DNA of 56,522 bases from Candidatus Zixiibacteriota bacterium (GCA_050117845.1 JASFLY010000017.1:1-56522); one strand, 5' to 3'; shown: positions 18,276-27,661, counted from the stretch's first letter. Numbers and translations: made by a program. The notes: a model not told the origin generated them from the letters alone.

Positions 18276-18833
18276 TTGACGCTGCCGGAAGAGGCCATCG
18301 GCCTGGTCGAGTTCTCATCCATCGCCCGGGGCATCGAAGCCGTGGACGCGATGGTGAAGGAGGCGGACGTCCGGCTGCTGGCGGCGCGGACGGCGTGCTC
18401 CGGCAAGTACATCGGCCTCGTGGCCGGGGCGGTCGCGGCGGTGAAATCGGCGGTGAGCGCCGGCAAGGATATGGGGCGAGGGCATTACGTAGACGGTTTG
18501 GTAATCCCGAACGTGCACAAACAGGTCCTGGCCGCGGCGGCCGGGACGGTGGAAGTACCCGAAAAGGGGGCCCTGGGGATAATCGAGACGTTTTCGCTGG
18601 CGTCCGCCCTTTTGGCGGCGGACGCGGCGGTGAAGGCCGCGCCGGTGACGCTTCTGGAAGTGCGCCTCGGCACGGGCATAGGCGGTAAAGGTTTCGCCAC
18701 GCTGGTGGGCGAGACGGCGGCGGTAACGTCGGCCGTGGGCGCGGGCGCTCGAGAGGCGTCGGCCCGGGGCCTTCTGGTCGCGACCGCGGTAATCCCGGCT
18801 CCGTACCGGGAAGTGATGGATAAACTCATATAA
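18276..18833 (+). CDS. tandem-domain BMC shell protein (BMC-T, PduT-like)
   Basis: Two BMC domains: IGLVEFSSIARGIEAVDAMVKEADVRLL and LGIIETFSLASALLAADAAVKAAPVTLLEV. TTG start assumed. Confidence 0.75.
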   Translation: MTLPEEAIGLVEFSSIARGIEAVDAMVKEADVRLLAARTACSGKYIGLVAGAVAAVKSAVSAGKDMGRGHYVDGLVIPNVHKQVLAAAAGTVEVPEKGALGIIETFSLASALLAADAAVKAAPVTLLEVRLGTGIGGKGFATLVGETAAVTSAVGAGAREASARGLLVATAVIPAPYREVMDKLI

Positions 18834-18859
18834 CCGGTAACTGGCGGTATGATTAAGAG

Positions 18860-19147
18860 ATGACTGTCAAGGAGATAATCAACGTAAAGGGTAAGCACCT
18901 CGGCTATTTCGAAGCCTGGTGCAAGGCGTGCGGCATTTGCATCGCGCTGTGCCCGAAACACGTCTTCGACACCGGGGCCGACGGCAAGCCCATCGTGGCC
19001 CGGCCGGCCGATTGCATAAACTGCGGCATGTGCGAAATCATGTGCCCCGATTTCGCGATAGGCTGGTACGAGGACCCGTTGTGTGACGAAGAGTTGAAAG
19101 AGGCTCACAAACGCAGTGGCGACGACGAGTGGGCCAAGCACCGCTAA
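18860..19147 (+). CDS. 2-oxoacid:ferredoxin oxidoreductase delta subunit (2x[4Fe-4S] ferredoxin)
   Basis: CKACGICIALCP and CINCGMCEIMCP motifs in a ~95-aa protein immediately upstream of the alpha subunit. Confidence 0.75.
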   Translation: MTVKEIINVKGKHLGYFEAWCKACGICIALCPKHVFDTGADGKPIVARPADCINCGMCEIMCPDFAIGWYEDPLCDEELKEAHKRSGDDEWAKHR

Positions 19148-19189
19148 CCAATCGTTCTTAACTCCGTTCATAAGGTAGCGTGCAGTAAA

Positions 19190-20323
19190 ATGACCTTGAT
19201 GCAAGGGAACGAGGCGATTGCCCGGGCGGCGTTGGACGCCGGCGTGCGTTTTTTCGCCGGTTATCCGATAACGCCCTCGACGGAGATCGCCGAAATCATG
19301 TCGGTGGAACTCCCCAAGGTAGGCGGGAAGTTCCTTCAGATGGAGGACGAGATAGCGTCGCTGGCCGCGGTCATCGGCGCCTCTCTCACCGGGGCGCGGG
19401 CCATGACGGCCACGAGCGGCCCCGGCTTCTCTCTCATGCAGGAGAACCTCGGCTACGCGTACATGACCGAGGTTCCTTGTTTAATCGTTAACGTAATGCG
19501 GGGCGGCCCCAGCACCGGCCTTCCCACCGGCCCGTCCCAGGGCGACGTTATGCAGGCGCGCTGGGGTACCCACGGCGACCATCCGGCCATTTCGCTGGTG
19601 CCGTCGTCCGTCCTCGATTGCTACAAGCAGACCGTGCGGGCCATTAACCTGGCCGAACGTTTCCGGATGCCCGTCATACTCCTGCCGGACGAGGTGGTGG
19701 CCCACATGCGCGAGGACGTGACCCTGCCCGACCACGCCGACGTCGTCCCCCGCGCCGAACCGGAAGTCCCGTACGAGTGGTACAACCCGTACGACGACTC
19801 CACGACCGACGTGGCGCCGCTCGCGTCTTTCGGGACGGGGTTCCGCTTCCACGTCACCGGCCTGGTGCACGACCGGGCGGGCTTCGCCACAACGGTGCCG
19901 GCGGAAGTCGACCGGGCGATACGCAATCTCAAACGCAAGATGGACCGTTTCCGCAAGGAGATAATACAGGTGGAGCGCCTGCACCTGGCCGACGCCGACA
20001 TCGTCGTCGCGGCCTACGGCATCTGCGCCCGTTCCGCCGAGGCGGCCACGCTCAAGGCCCGCGAGAAGGGCTACCGTGTCGGCTGCATCAATATGAAGAC
20101 CGTATGGCCGTTCTGCTTCAAACTCATCCAGCGCGTGGCACAGACGGCCCGGGCGATAATCGTCCCGGAGATGAACCTCGGCCAGCTCGTGCGCGAGTTC
20201 GAACGCGCCGTATGCGGCAAAACCCAGGTTATACCTCTGAACCGGGTCGACGGCGAGGCGATAACGCCGCGCCAGATTATGGACGTAATCAACGAACTCG
20301 GCCCCGGCGGAGGTGAGGCCTAA
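19190..20323 (+). CDS. 2-oxoacid:ferredoxin oxidoreductase alpha subunit
   Basis: MTLMQGNEAIARAALDAGVRFFAGYPITPSTEI ... ATSGPGFSLMQE match the KorA/PorA/OorA family. Confidence 0.85.
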   Translation: MTLMQGNEAIARAALDAGVRFFAGYPITPSTEIAEIMSVELPKVGGKFLQMEDEIASLAAVIGASLTGARAMTATSGPGFSLMQENLGYAYMTEVPCLIVNVMRGGPSTGLPTGPSQGDVMQARWGTHGDHPAISLVPSSVLDCYKQTVRAINLAERFRMPVILLPDEVVAHMREDVTLPDHADVVPRAEPEVPYEWYNPYDDSTTDVAPLASFGTGFRFHVTGLVHDRAGFATTVPAEVDRAIRNLKRKMDRFRKEIIQVERLHLADADIVVAAYGICARSAEAATLKAREKGYRVGCINMKTVWPFCFKLIQRVAQTARAIIVPEMNLGQLVREFERAVCGKTQVIPLNRVDGEAITPRQIMDVINELGPGGGEA

Positions 20324-21171
20324 TGGAGAAACCGCGCGAATTGAATCCGTCGGAACTCATGCACGAGTTCCTGCGCCATAAAAAGAAGTTCCCCCACGTG
20401 TGGTGTTCCGGCTGCGGCATCGGGACGACGATGGGCGCTATTATCCGCGCCATCGCCGATACCGAACTCGACCGCGACCGGGTCGTAATGGTCTCGGGCA
20501 TCGGCTGCAGCTCGCGTATGCCCATATACGTAGACTTCAACACGCTCCACACCACCCACGGCCGGCCCATCGCCTTCGCGACCGGCATCAAGACCGCCCG
20601 CCCCGACCTCGAGGTCATCGTGGTCACGGGCGACGGCGACGCCGCCGCCATCGGCGGCAACCACCTCATCCACGCCTGCCGGCGCAACATCAACCTCACC
20701 GTCATCTGCATCAACAACAACATCTACGGCATGACCGGCGGCCAGGCCTCGCCCACGACGCCGCCCGGCAAGTTCGCGACGACCGCCCGCTACGGCGACT
20801 TCGAGCGGGACTTCGATTTATGCGATCTGACGGCCGGGGCCGGGGCGGCCTTCGTCGCCCGCGGCGCGGTATACTACGCGAGGCAACTCCAGAAACTGAT
20901 CCAGCAAGCCCTCGTCAAGAAGGGATTCGCCTTCGTCGAGGTCGTCTCACAGTGCCCGACCTACTACGGGCGTTTTAATAAATTCAAATCGCCGGTGGAA
21001 ATGCTCTACTGGCAACGCGACAATACGGTGAACGTTAAGACGGTGGGGAAGATGAAACCGGAAGAGCTCGAAGGCAAGCTGTTAACCGGCGTCCTGGCGG
21101 ACCACGATTATCCCGAATTCACGGAGAAGTACGACAAGCTGATCCAGGATTTGGCGGCGGGGAGGAAGTAA
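20323..21171 (+). CDS. 2-oxoacid:ferredoxin oxidoreductase beta subunit (TPP-binding)
   Basis: WCSGCGIG ... VVTGDGDAAAIGGNHL ... CINNNIYGMTGGQ match the TPP/Fe-S beta-subunit motifs. The start overlaps the alpha stop. Confidence 0.85.
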   Translation: MEKPRELNPSELMHEFLRHKKKFPHVWCSGCGIGTTMGAIIRAIADTELDRDRVVMVSGIGCSSRMPIYVDFNTLHTTHGRPIAFATGIKTARPDLEVIVVTGDGDAAAIGGNHLIHACRRNINLTVICINNNIYGMTGGQASPTTPPGKFATTARYGDFERDFDLCDLTAGAGAAFVARGAVYYARQLQKLIQQALVKKGFAFVEVVSQCPTYYGRFNKFKSPVEMLYWQRDNTVNVKTVGKMKPEELEGKLLTGVLADHDYPEFTEKYDKLIQDLAAGRK

Positions 21172-21173
21172 TA

Positions 21174-21743
21174 ATGGTAGTCGTGAGATTCGCCGGATAC
21201 GGCGGCCAGGGACTCCTAACGGCCGGCCTGATACTAGCGGACGCGGCCGGCATGTATGATAAGAAAAAGGTCGTCCAGACGCAGAGTTACGGCGCCGAGG
21301 CGCGAGGGGGAGCGAGTCGCTCCGACGTCATCGTCTCCGACGAAGACATCGTATTCCCCAAGCCCGACCACCTCGACGTGCTGGTGGCCATGAACCAACT
21401 CTCGGTCGACAAGTACTCCTCGGCGTTGTCCGAGGGCGGAACGCTGATAGCCGACGCGACCTTCGTCACGACGGTTACCTTCACGAACGCGTATCTCATA
21501 CCGTTCACCGCCGTCGCCCGCGACAAGATAGGCCGGGAGATAGTCGCCAACGTCGTGGCCCTCGGGGCCCTGGTGGAGCTCGAGAAGGTCGTTTCCAAGA
21601 AAGCGGTTACGAAGGCCCTCGAGCAGCGCATCCCGCCGGGCGCCCTGGATATCAATCGCAAGGCGTTGGAGGCCGGCTTCAAGGCGGGCCGGGCTTGCGC
21701 GGCCGAGCGCGAAAAGGCGGTCGAGGACTTCGACATCGTATAG
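21174..21743 (+). CDS. 2-oxoacid:ferredoxin oxidoreductase gamma subunit
   Basis: FAGYGGQGLLTAGLILADAA ... QSYGAEARGG match the PorG/KorC/OorC family. Gene order delta-alpha-beta-gamma as in OorDABC. Confidence 0.8.
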   Translation: MVVVRFAGYGGQGLLTAGLILADAAGMYDKKKVVQTQSYGAEARGGASRSDVIVSDEDIVFPKPDHLDVLVAMNQLSVDKYSSALSEGGTLIADATFVTTVTFTNAYLIPFTAVARDKIGREIVANVVALGALVELEKVVSKKAVTKALEQRIPPGALDINRKALEAGFKAGRACAAEREKAVEDFDIV

Positions 21744-21755
21744 CGAAGGAGATTC

Positions 21756-22160
21756 ATGGAAAAAACGCTCTTCATGATCAAGCCGGACGCCACCGCCCGG
21801 GGCCTCGTCGGCGAGTTGGTCGCGCGGATGGAAAGCGAAGGTTTCACGCTGGAGCGACTAGAGCTGCAGCGTTTCGACCGCCCGCGGGCCGAGGCATTCT
21901 ACGGCGTCCATAAGGGCAAACCCTTCTTCGAGAGCCTGGTGGAATACATTACGTCGGGGCCCGTGGTGCCGATGGTCCTTTCCGGCGAGGGCGTCATAGG
22001 CCGCGTCCGGGAGATAATGGGGGCCACGAATCCGGCCGAGGCCGCGTCCGGCACGATCCGCCGGAAGTACGCCGAGTCCTTGGAGCGCAACTCGGTTCAC
22101 GGTTCGGACAGCCCGGCCTCGGCGGAGCACGAAATTCAAGTAGCCTTCGGAGGGCCGTAG
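21756..22160 (+). CDS. ndk: nucleoside diphosphate kinase
   Basis: TLFMIKPDATARGLVGELVARMESEGF ... NSVHGSDS includes the active-site His region. Confidence 0.9.
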   Translation: MEKTLFMIKPDATARGLVGELVARMESEGFTLERLELQRFDRPRAEAFYGVHKGKPFFESLVEYITSGPVVPMVLSGEGVIGRVREIMGATNPAEAASGTIRRKYAESLERNSVHGSDSPASAEHEIQVAFGGP

Positions 22161-22162
22161 GC

Positions 22163-22717
22163 ATGGCCGCGTCGCGGTGGAACCTGGCCAATCTGCTCAC
22201 GCTGTGCCGCCTGCCGCTGGCGGCGGCGGGGGCGTACTTCCTGTGGGGCCGGGAGTACCCGGGCGTGGGCGTGGCGTTCCTCGCCGCGGCGGCGCTGACC
22301 GATATTTTGGACGGCGTGGCGGCCCGAGCGCTGAATCAGATAACCGATTTCGGCAAGAAGATTGACCCTATCGCCGACAAGATATCCATCGCCGCCGTGG
22401 GCGTCGTCCTCGTCCTGCGATACGGCGTACCGTGGTGGATCTTCGCCGTCGCGGTGGCCCGGGACGTGGCGATCCTGATATCGGCCGCGATAATCATCTC
22501 GCGGCGCGAGGTGGTCGTACCGTCCAATTTCTGGGGCAAGGCCGCGGCGCTCATGATGGTGCTCTACGGCATCGCCGCCGTCGTCGCGACCGGGTCCTGG
22601 ATTACCGTAGTATTGATGTGGCTCGTGCTGGCGGCGATTATCATCTCCACCGCCTCGTACGGTTACGATTTCTACCGGGTGCTGTCCTCGGGCGCGCCCG
22701 GCCGCCGCGAGAAGTAA
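22163..22717 (+). CDS. CDP-alcohol phosphatidyltransferase family protein (PgsA-like)
   Basis: DILDGVAARALNQITDFGKKIDPIADK follows the D-G-x2-A-R-x8-G-x3-D-x3-D pattern. Multi-TM. Confidence 0.7.
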   Translation: MAASRWNLANLLTLCRLPLAAAGAYFLWGREYPGVGVAFLAAAALTDILDGVAARALNQITDFGKKIDPIADKISIAAVGVVLVLRYGVPWWIFAVAVARDVAILISAAIIISRREVVVPSNFWGKAAALMMVLYGIAAVVATGSWITVVLMWLVLAAIIISTASYGYDFYRVLSSGAPGRREK

Positions 22718-22788
22718 CGCGGCTAGGTTTTTCGTTATTTAACCGTTCATTTCATTCCACAAAGGAGTCGGGACTTTTCATGGCGTAT

Positions 22789-23616
22789 AAGATACTCGCG
22801 CGGGACGATATTACGAGCGAGTCGGTCCGTATGGTCGTCGCCGCGCCGCACGTGGCCCGAAAATGCGATCCGGGTCAGTTCATCATGTACCGGTTGGACG
22901 AACGGGGCGAACGCATCCCGCTCACTATCGCCGATTTCGACCGCGATGCCGGGACTATCACTATCATCTTCCAGAAGGTCGGGAAGAGCACCTACCATCT
23001 GGCGGAGTTCCAGGCCGGCGACGAGATTCTCGATTTCGTCGGGCCGCTGGGCCGCCATATGGACGTGGGGAAGCTCGGCACCGTGGCCTGCCTCGGCGGC
23101 GGCCTCGGCATAGCGCCCATTTACCCCAAGGTCCGCGCCCTTAAGGCGGCGGGGAACACCGTCGTGTCCGTAATCGGCGCGAGGCGCAAGGACCTCGTCA
23201 TACTCGAGGAAGAGATGCGTTCCCACAGCGACGAACTCTTCGTCACCACTGACGACGGTTCGTACGGCCTTCACGGCTTCGTCACCGACCAGCTCAAACA
23301 GCTCATCGACGAAGGCCGCAAGTTCGACGCCTGTCTCGCCGTAGGCCCCATCCCGATGATGGAAGCGGTTTGCCGACTCACGAAGGAACTCGGCCTCCCG
23401 ACTCTCGTCAGCCTCGACACCATCATGGTCGACGGGACCGGGATGTGCGGTTCCTGCCGCGTAACCGTGGCGGGCGAGACCAAGTTCGCGTGCGTGGACG
23501 GGCCGGTCTTCGACGGCCACCAGGTGGATTGGGATGAGGCGAAAGCGCGGCAGGTCCGGTACCGGCCGCAGGAGTGCCAGGCGTTGGAGAAATTCCAGAA
23601 GGAGCAGGGTCAATAA
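22789..23616 (+). CDS. nfnA: NfnA/SudB-like FAD/NAD-binding [2Fe-2S] oxidoreductase subunit
   Basis: MAYKILARDDITSESVRMVVAAP... is the ferredoxin-NADP-reductase-like fold. C-terminal CGSCRV...C cluster. Family of DHOD electron-transfer subunit / NfnA. Confidence 0.7.
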   Translation, partial: KILARDDITSESVRMVVAAPHVARKCDPGQFIMYRLDERGERIPLTIADFDRDAGTITIIFQKVGKSTYHLAEFQAGDEILDFVGPLGRHMDVGKLGTVACLGGGLGIAPIYPKVRALKAAGNTVVSVIGARRKDLVILEEEMRSHSDELFVTTDDGSYGLHGFVTDQLKQLIDEGRKFDACLAVGPIPMMEAVCRLTKELGLPTLVSLDTIMVDGTGMCGSCRVTVAGETKFACVDGPVFDGHQVDWDEAKARQVRYRPQECQALEKFQKEQGQ

Positions 23617-23618
23617 TA

Positions 23619-25046
23619 ATGGCTGACAAAGACAACAAAGACAAGCCGGCGAAGCCGAAAATAGTCGCCGAGAAATATAAAATGAAGGAACAGCCGCCGG
23701 GCGAGCGTATCCATAATTATAAAGAAGTCCCGTACGGATACGACGTCGAGACGGCGGTCAAGGAAGCCGAGCGCTGCTTGCAGTGCAAGAACGCGACCTG
23801 CGTCGCGGGTTGTCCCGTGGAAATAGATATTCCGGGATTCGTGAAGGCCATCGCGGAGCGTGACTTCGCCGAGGCCATCGGCGTAATGAAGAAGTACAAC
23901 AACCTCCCCGCGGTCTGCGGCCGCGTCTGCCCGCAGGAAGAACAGTGCGAAAAGGTGTGCGTCCTCAGCAAGAAGTTCGAGCCGGTCGCCATAGGCCGCC
24001 TCGAGCGTTTCATCGCCGATTACGACTACGAGCATAAAGTCGCCCCGCCGCCGGAGATAGCGCCGGCCAAGGGCAAGAAGGTCGCCATCGTGGGCGCGGG
24101 GCCCGCGGGCCTCACGGTAGCCGGCGACCTCGCCCGCATGGGCTACGACGTTACGATGTTCGAGGCGTTCCACGCCACCGGCGGCGTCCTCCGGTACGGC
24201 ATTCCGGAGTTCCGTCTCCCCAAGGCCATCCTCGACATGGAAGTGGACTACGTCCGGTCGCTCGGCGTCAAGGTCGAGTGCAACATGGTTATCGGCAAGG
24301 TCTACACCGTTAAGGAGCTCTTCGACGAACTCGGCTTCGAGGCCGCGTTCATCGGCACCGGCGCCGGCCTGCCTCGCTGGATGAACGTCCCCGGCGAGAA
24401 CCTCATCGGCGTGTACTCGTCGAACGAGTGGCTTACCCGCGTCAACCTGATGCGCGCCTTCGAGTTCCCCGAATACGATACGCCGATATGGGCCGGCAAG
24501 AACGTGGCCGTCATCGGCGGCGGCAACACCGCCATGGACTCCGTCCGGACCGCCCTGCGCATGGGCGCCGAGCGCGCGGTAATTTACTACCGCCGTAGCG
24601 AGGCCGAGATGCCCGCCCGTATCGAGGAGATCCACCACGCCAAGGAAGAGGGCGTGGAGTTCAACTTCCTCGTGGTGCCGGACAAGGTACTCGGGACCGA
24701 AGACGGCTGGGTCCGCGGCATGGAACTCTGCCAGATGGAACTGGGCGAGCCCGACGACAGCGGCCGGCGGCGGCCGGTGCGCTGCGAGGGGTCGCAGTTC
24801 GAGATAGAGTGCGACATGATCGTCGTCGCGGTGGGCACGTATCCCAACCCCATCATCCCGGAGACCACGCCCGAACTCAACCTCACGAAGTGGGGAACCA
24901 TAGAGGTCGACGAGGAAACCGGCATGACGAACGTGGCAGGCGTCTTCGCCGGCGGCGACATCGTGACCGGCGGCGCGACCGTCATCTCGGCCATGGGGGC
25001 CGGAAAGCGGGCGGCGCGCGGCATCGACGCGTACCTCAGCAAATAA
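23619..25046 (+). CDS. nfnB: NfnB / glutamate-synthase small-subunit-like NAD(P)H oxidoreductase (two 4Fe-4S, FAD, NADPH)
   Basis: CLQCKNATCVAGCP and CGRVCPQEEQCEKVC clusters. GAGPAGL and GGGNTAMD Rossmann motifs. Confidence 0.75.
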   Translation: MADKDNKDKPAKPKIVAEKYKMKEQPPGERIHNYKEVPYGYDVETAVKEAERCLQCKNATCVAGCPVEIDIPGFVKAIAERDFAEAIGVMKKYNNLPAVCGRVCPQEEQCEKVCVLSKKFEPVAIGRLERFIADYDYEHKVAPPPEIAPAKGKKVAIVGAGPAGLTVAGDLARMGYDVTMFEAFHATGGVLRYGIPEFRLPKAILDMEVDYVRSLGVKVECNMVIGKVYTVKELFDELGFEAAFIGTGAGLPRWMNVPGENLIGVYSSNEWLTRVNLMRAFEFPEYDTPIWAGKNVAVIGGGNTAMDSVRTALRMGAERAVIYYRRSEAEMPARIEEIHHAKEEGVEFNFLVVPDKVLGTEDGWVRGMELCQMELGEPDDSGRRRPVRCEGSQFEIECDMIVVAVGTYPNPIIPETTPELNLTKWGTIEVDEETGMTNVAGVFAGGDIVTGGATVISAMGAGKRAARGIDAYLSK

Positions 25047-25062
25047 ATAACGCCGGGAGTTT

Positions 25063-25773
25063 ATGCCGGGCACGGCGATAAAACTCGTGCGGGAACTGGC
25101 GGGCGGCTTGGAGTCGCTGTTGTTCCCGTCGGTGTGCCGGGCGTGCGGAGCCGAACTGGATGGCTCCCGCGCCCGGCTTTTGTGTCCGCTATGCCGGGAG
25201 GAGTTGACGGCGCCGCTCCCCCCGGGCGGGTACCGCGCTTGCCGTCTGGCCGTCGCGCATCAGCCGGCGTACGCCCGGGCCCGCTACGACGGGCCGGCGG
25301 GGGTCGCCGTCCGCCTCCTCAAGTTCTCCGGTAAAACGCGTATGGCTTCGGTGCTCGCGGAGTGCGTCGCGCCCCTTGCGGCCGACCTCGTCCGTACTTA
25401 TAATCTGGACGTGGCCGTGCCGGTCCCGCTCCACCCGGTGCGGCGCCGCGAGCGCCGCTTCAACCAGGCCGAGGAGATAGGGGAGCGCGCGGCCGAGGCG
25501 GCGGGGGTGCCGTTCCGGCCCCGGGGCCTCTCCCGCGTCCGGAACACCCGGCCGCAGGTGGGTATCCCCGGCGGCGAGCGGGTTGCGAACGTGCGGGGCG
25601 CCTTCGCCGGCCGGGAGGACTTCGGCGGCCGGCGGGTCCTGCTCGTCGACGACGTTATTACGACCGGGGCGACCGCGGCCGAGTGCGCCGCGGCTTTGCG
25701 GGCCGCGGGGGCGGAGGCCGTAGTGGCCCTGGCGGCGGCCGGGGTGGACTTCACGGAAGCGGGTTCGTCATGA
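25063..25773 (+). CDS. comF: ComF family protein (phosphoribosyltransferase-like, competence-associated)
   Basis: N-terminal CRACG...CPLC zinc ribbon plus C-terminal PRTase motif VLLVDDVITTGAT. Confidence 0.7.
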   Translation: MPGTAIKLVRELAGGLESLLFPSVCRACGAELDGSRARLLCPLCREELTAPLPPGGYRACRLAVAHQPAYARARYDGPAGVAVRLLKFSGKTRMASVLAECVAPLAADLVRTYNLDVAVPVPLHPVRRRERRFNQAEEIGERAAEAAGVPFRPRGLSRVRNTRPQVGIPGGERVANVRGAFAGREDFGGRRVLLVDDVITTGATAAECAAALRAAGAEAVVALAAAGVDFTEAGSS

Positions 25774-26483
25774 AGGCAAAAAAGTTTTTCCTGTGGCTCG
25801 GCGTGAGTTTCGTCCTCTTCGTGTGCCTTATCGGCTCGTGCCTGTTGGCCGCGTTCTCGATATCGGAGGCGGGCCGGGAGATAACGGGCGACGCCTGGCG
25901 CGAGGCCGGCAACATAGGCCGCGACTACGAGGAGACGCTCGTGGTTAACGAAACCTACGAGCTCTCGTTCGACGAGGACGGCACGGTCCACTTCTACGGC
26001 GGCGGGATGAGTATCGCGCTGCCGCGGGGATACAAAGTGCGGACGCCGGAAGGGCGCCCCGAGGACGCGAGGCCGTACCAGTACTTCCTCGAAAGTCCCG
26101 ACGGCCGGACGCAGGTGCGCCTCCGCCGCGAAACCGAAACGCCGGGCGTAATGTTCTGGTACGGCGCCGACCGGGAAATATTCCTCGCGCACGCCCAGGC
26201 CTATGCCATGACGCTCGCGGGGGAAGCGGCGGCCGAGGCGACGCCGGTGGCGTTCGTGGGCTCCTCCACGCTAGAGGCGAGTTTCTCGGATATCGGCATC
26301 GAGGGGTGCTATCGATACGCGGGGGACGAGCGCGCGAAGGAGGGCTACGACGGCGAGTATTTCCTTTTACTGGGTCGGGGTTACAACAACGTCGTATTGC
26401 TGTCCGTGGCGTTCAAGCCGTTCGACCGCGCGGCGGCGCTGCAAAAGGGCCGCGAATTCGCGGCGGGGTTGGTTTTTAGTTAA
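25770..26483 (+). CDS. hypothetical membrane-anchored protein
   Basis: N-terminal TM (FFLWLGVSFVLFVCLIGSCLLAAF), start overlapping the comF stop (ATGA). No family recognised. Confidence 0.45.
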   Translation: MKAKKFFLWLGVSFVLFVCLIGSCLLAAFSISEAGREITGDAWREAGNIGRDYEETLVVNETYELSFDEDGTVHFYGGGMSIALPRGYKVRTPEGRPEDARPYQYFLESPDGRTQVRLRRETETPGVMFWYGADREIFLAHAQAYAMTLAGEAAAEATPVAFVGSSTLEASFSDIGIEGCYRYAGDERAKEGYDGEYFLLLGRGYNNVVLLSVAFKPFDRAAALQKGREFAAGLVFS

Positions 26484-26497
26484 CTTAACTAAAAACC
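26471..26497. repeat. perfect 13-bp inverted repeat (GGTTTTTAGTTAA-C-TTAACTAAAAACC) spanning the stop codon of the upstream gene
   Basis: Read directly from the sequence. AT-rich palindrome in a GC-rich context. Could be a terminator hairpin or a protein-binding site. Confidence 0.5.
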
Positions 26498-26737
26498 CGT
26501 AGGAGAGAGGCGGGTTCCCGGGAGGGGCGGCGGCGAGGGTAGGCCGGACGGTTTCAGGTATTCCGGGGGGCCGTTTCGAGGAAGGGGCCGGAGTTGAGGG
26601 AGAATGGCGCCCGGCCAACGTTCCGGGCATTCCCCGAGCGAAGTACGCTGCAACTAAGAGGCGTTCGTCCTATCGGCGAACGACGGTTTTCCGTCCCCGT
26701 ATAAGATAATGGGAGTCGGGGATCACGGGTAGGCGTT

Positions 26738-27661
26738 ATGGCGAATGATAATAAGGTGGATTGGACCGACGACCGGCACCGCCGCGTCATCGAGGAGCAA
26801 CGCAAGTTCCTGTGGACTCCCGAGCAGCGCGAGAGCATCGCCGCGTGGATAGGGTTCGAGGCCGGGTGGTCGATGCTCGACCTCGGCTGCGGGTACGGTT
26901 ACCTCGGCTGGACGTACGCGCCGTACATGTCGCCCGGCGGCCGCGTCGTCTGCGTCGATAGAGAGGCGCCGCTGCTGGACGAGGCCCGGCTCCAGGCCGA
27001 AGAGAAAGCGGACGACGGGTGCGCCTTCGACTTCACGTGCGGCGACGCTTACGCGGTTCCGCTGGCGGACGAGTCGGTGGACGTGGCGTTTTGCCAGACG
27101 CTGTTGATGCATTTGAAGGAACCGGAGAAGTGTCTGGCCGAGATGGTGCGCGTCGTGAGGCCGGGCGGCGTCGTCGTGTGCAACGAGCCGGATAACGCCC
27201 CGGGGAAGCATGACTACGTTTCGACTTACGAACCTACGTTCGAGGAGTTGATGGAGGAGGAACGGGCGCTGTGGATGTCGCACTTCGGCCGCAAGGCGCG
27301 GCGCGAGGGCGATTGGGCCGTGGGGCCCCGCGTGCCCGCGATGATGCATCGCCTGGGCCTCGTCGACATCGAGGGCCGCCAAAATGAAAGAGTAACGCTA
27401 CTCGTTCCCCCCTACGATACGCCGGTCCAGCAGCACGTGAAGCGGATGTACGTCGAGAACTTCGAACGGCGCGAGGAGTGGAAGGAGGAGTTCCGCGAGG
27501 ACTACCTCGCCGGCGGCGGTTCCCCGGAGGACTTCGAGAGTTTTTGGGAGAGGTGGGGCAGGCGGGGAAGCGACATGATAGCGGCGCTGGAGCGCGGCGA
27601 GTTTATTATGGCGAGCGCCGGCAACTTCTACGTATTTAAGGGGCGGAAGCCGGAGGCGTAA
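26738..27661 (+). CDS. class I SAM-dependent methyltransferase
   Basis: [10 protein letters not shown] (motif I) and VVCVDREAP (motif II-like) resemble the Methyltransf_11/25 fold. Confidence 0.65.
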   Translation: MANDNKVDWTDDRHRRVIEEQRKFLWTPEQRESIAAWIGFEAGWSMLDLGCGYGYLGWTYAPYMSPGGRVVCVDREAPLLDEARLQAEEKADDGCAFDFTCGDAYAVPLADESVDVAFCQTLLMHLKEPEKCLAEMVRVVRPGGVVVCNEPDNAPGKHDYVSTYEPTFEELMEEERALWMSHFGRKARREGDWAVGPRVPAMMHRLGLVDIEGRQNERVTLLVPPYDTPVQQHVKRMYVENFERREEWKEEFREDYLAGGGSPEDFESFWERWGRRGSDMIAALERGEFIMASAGNFYVFKGRKPEA

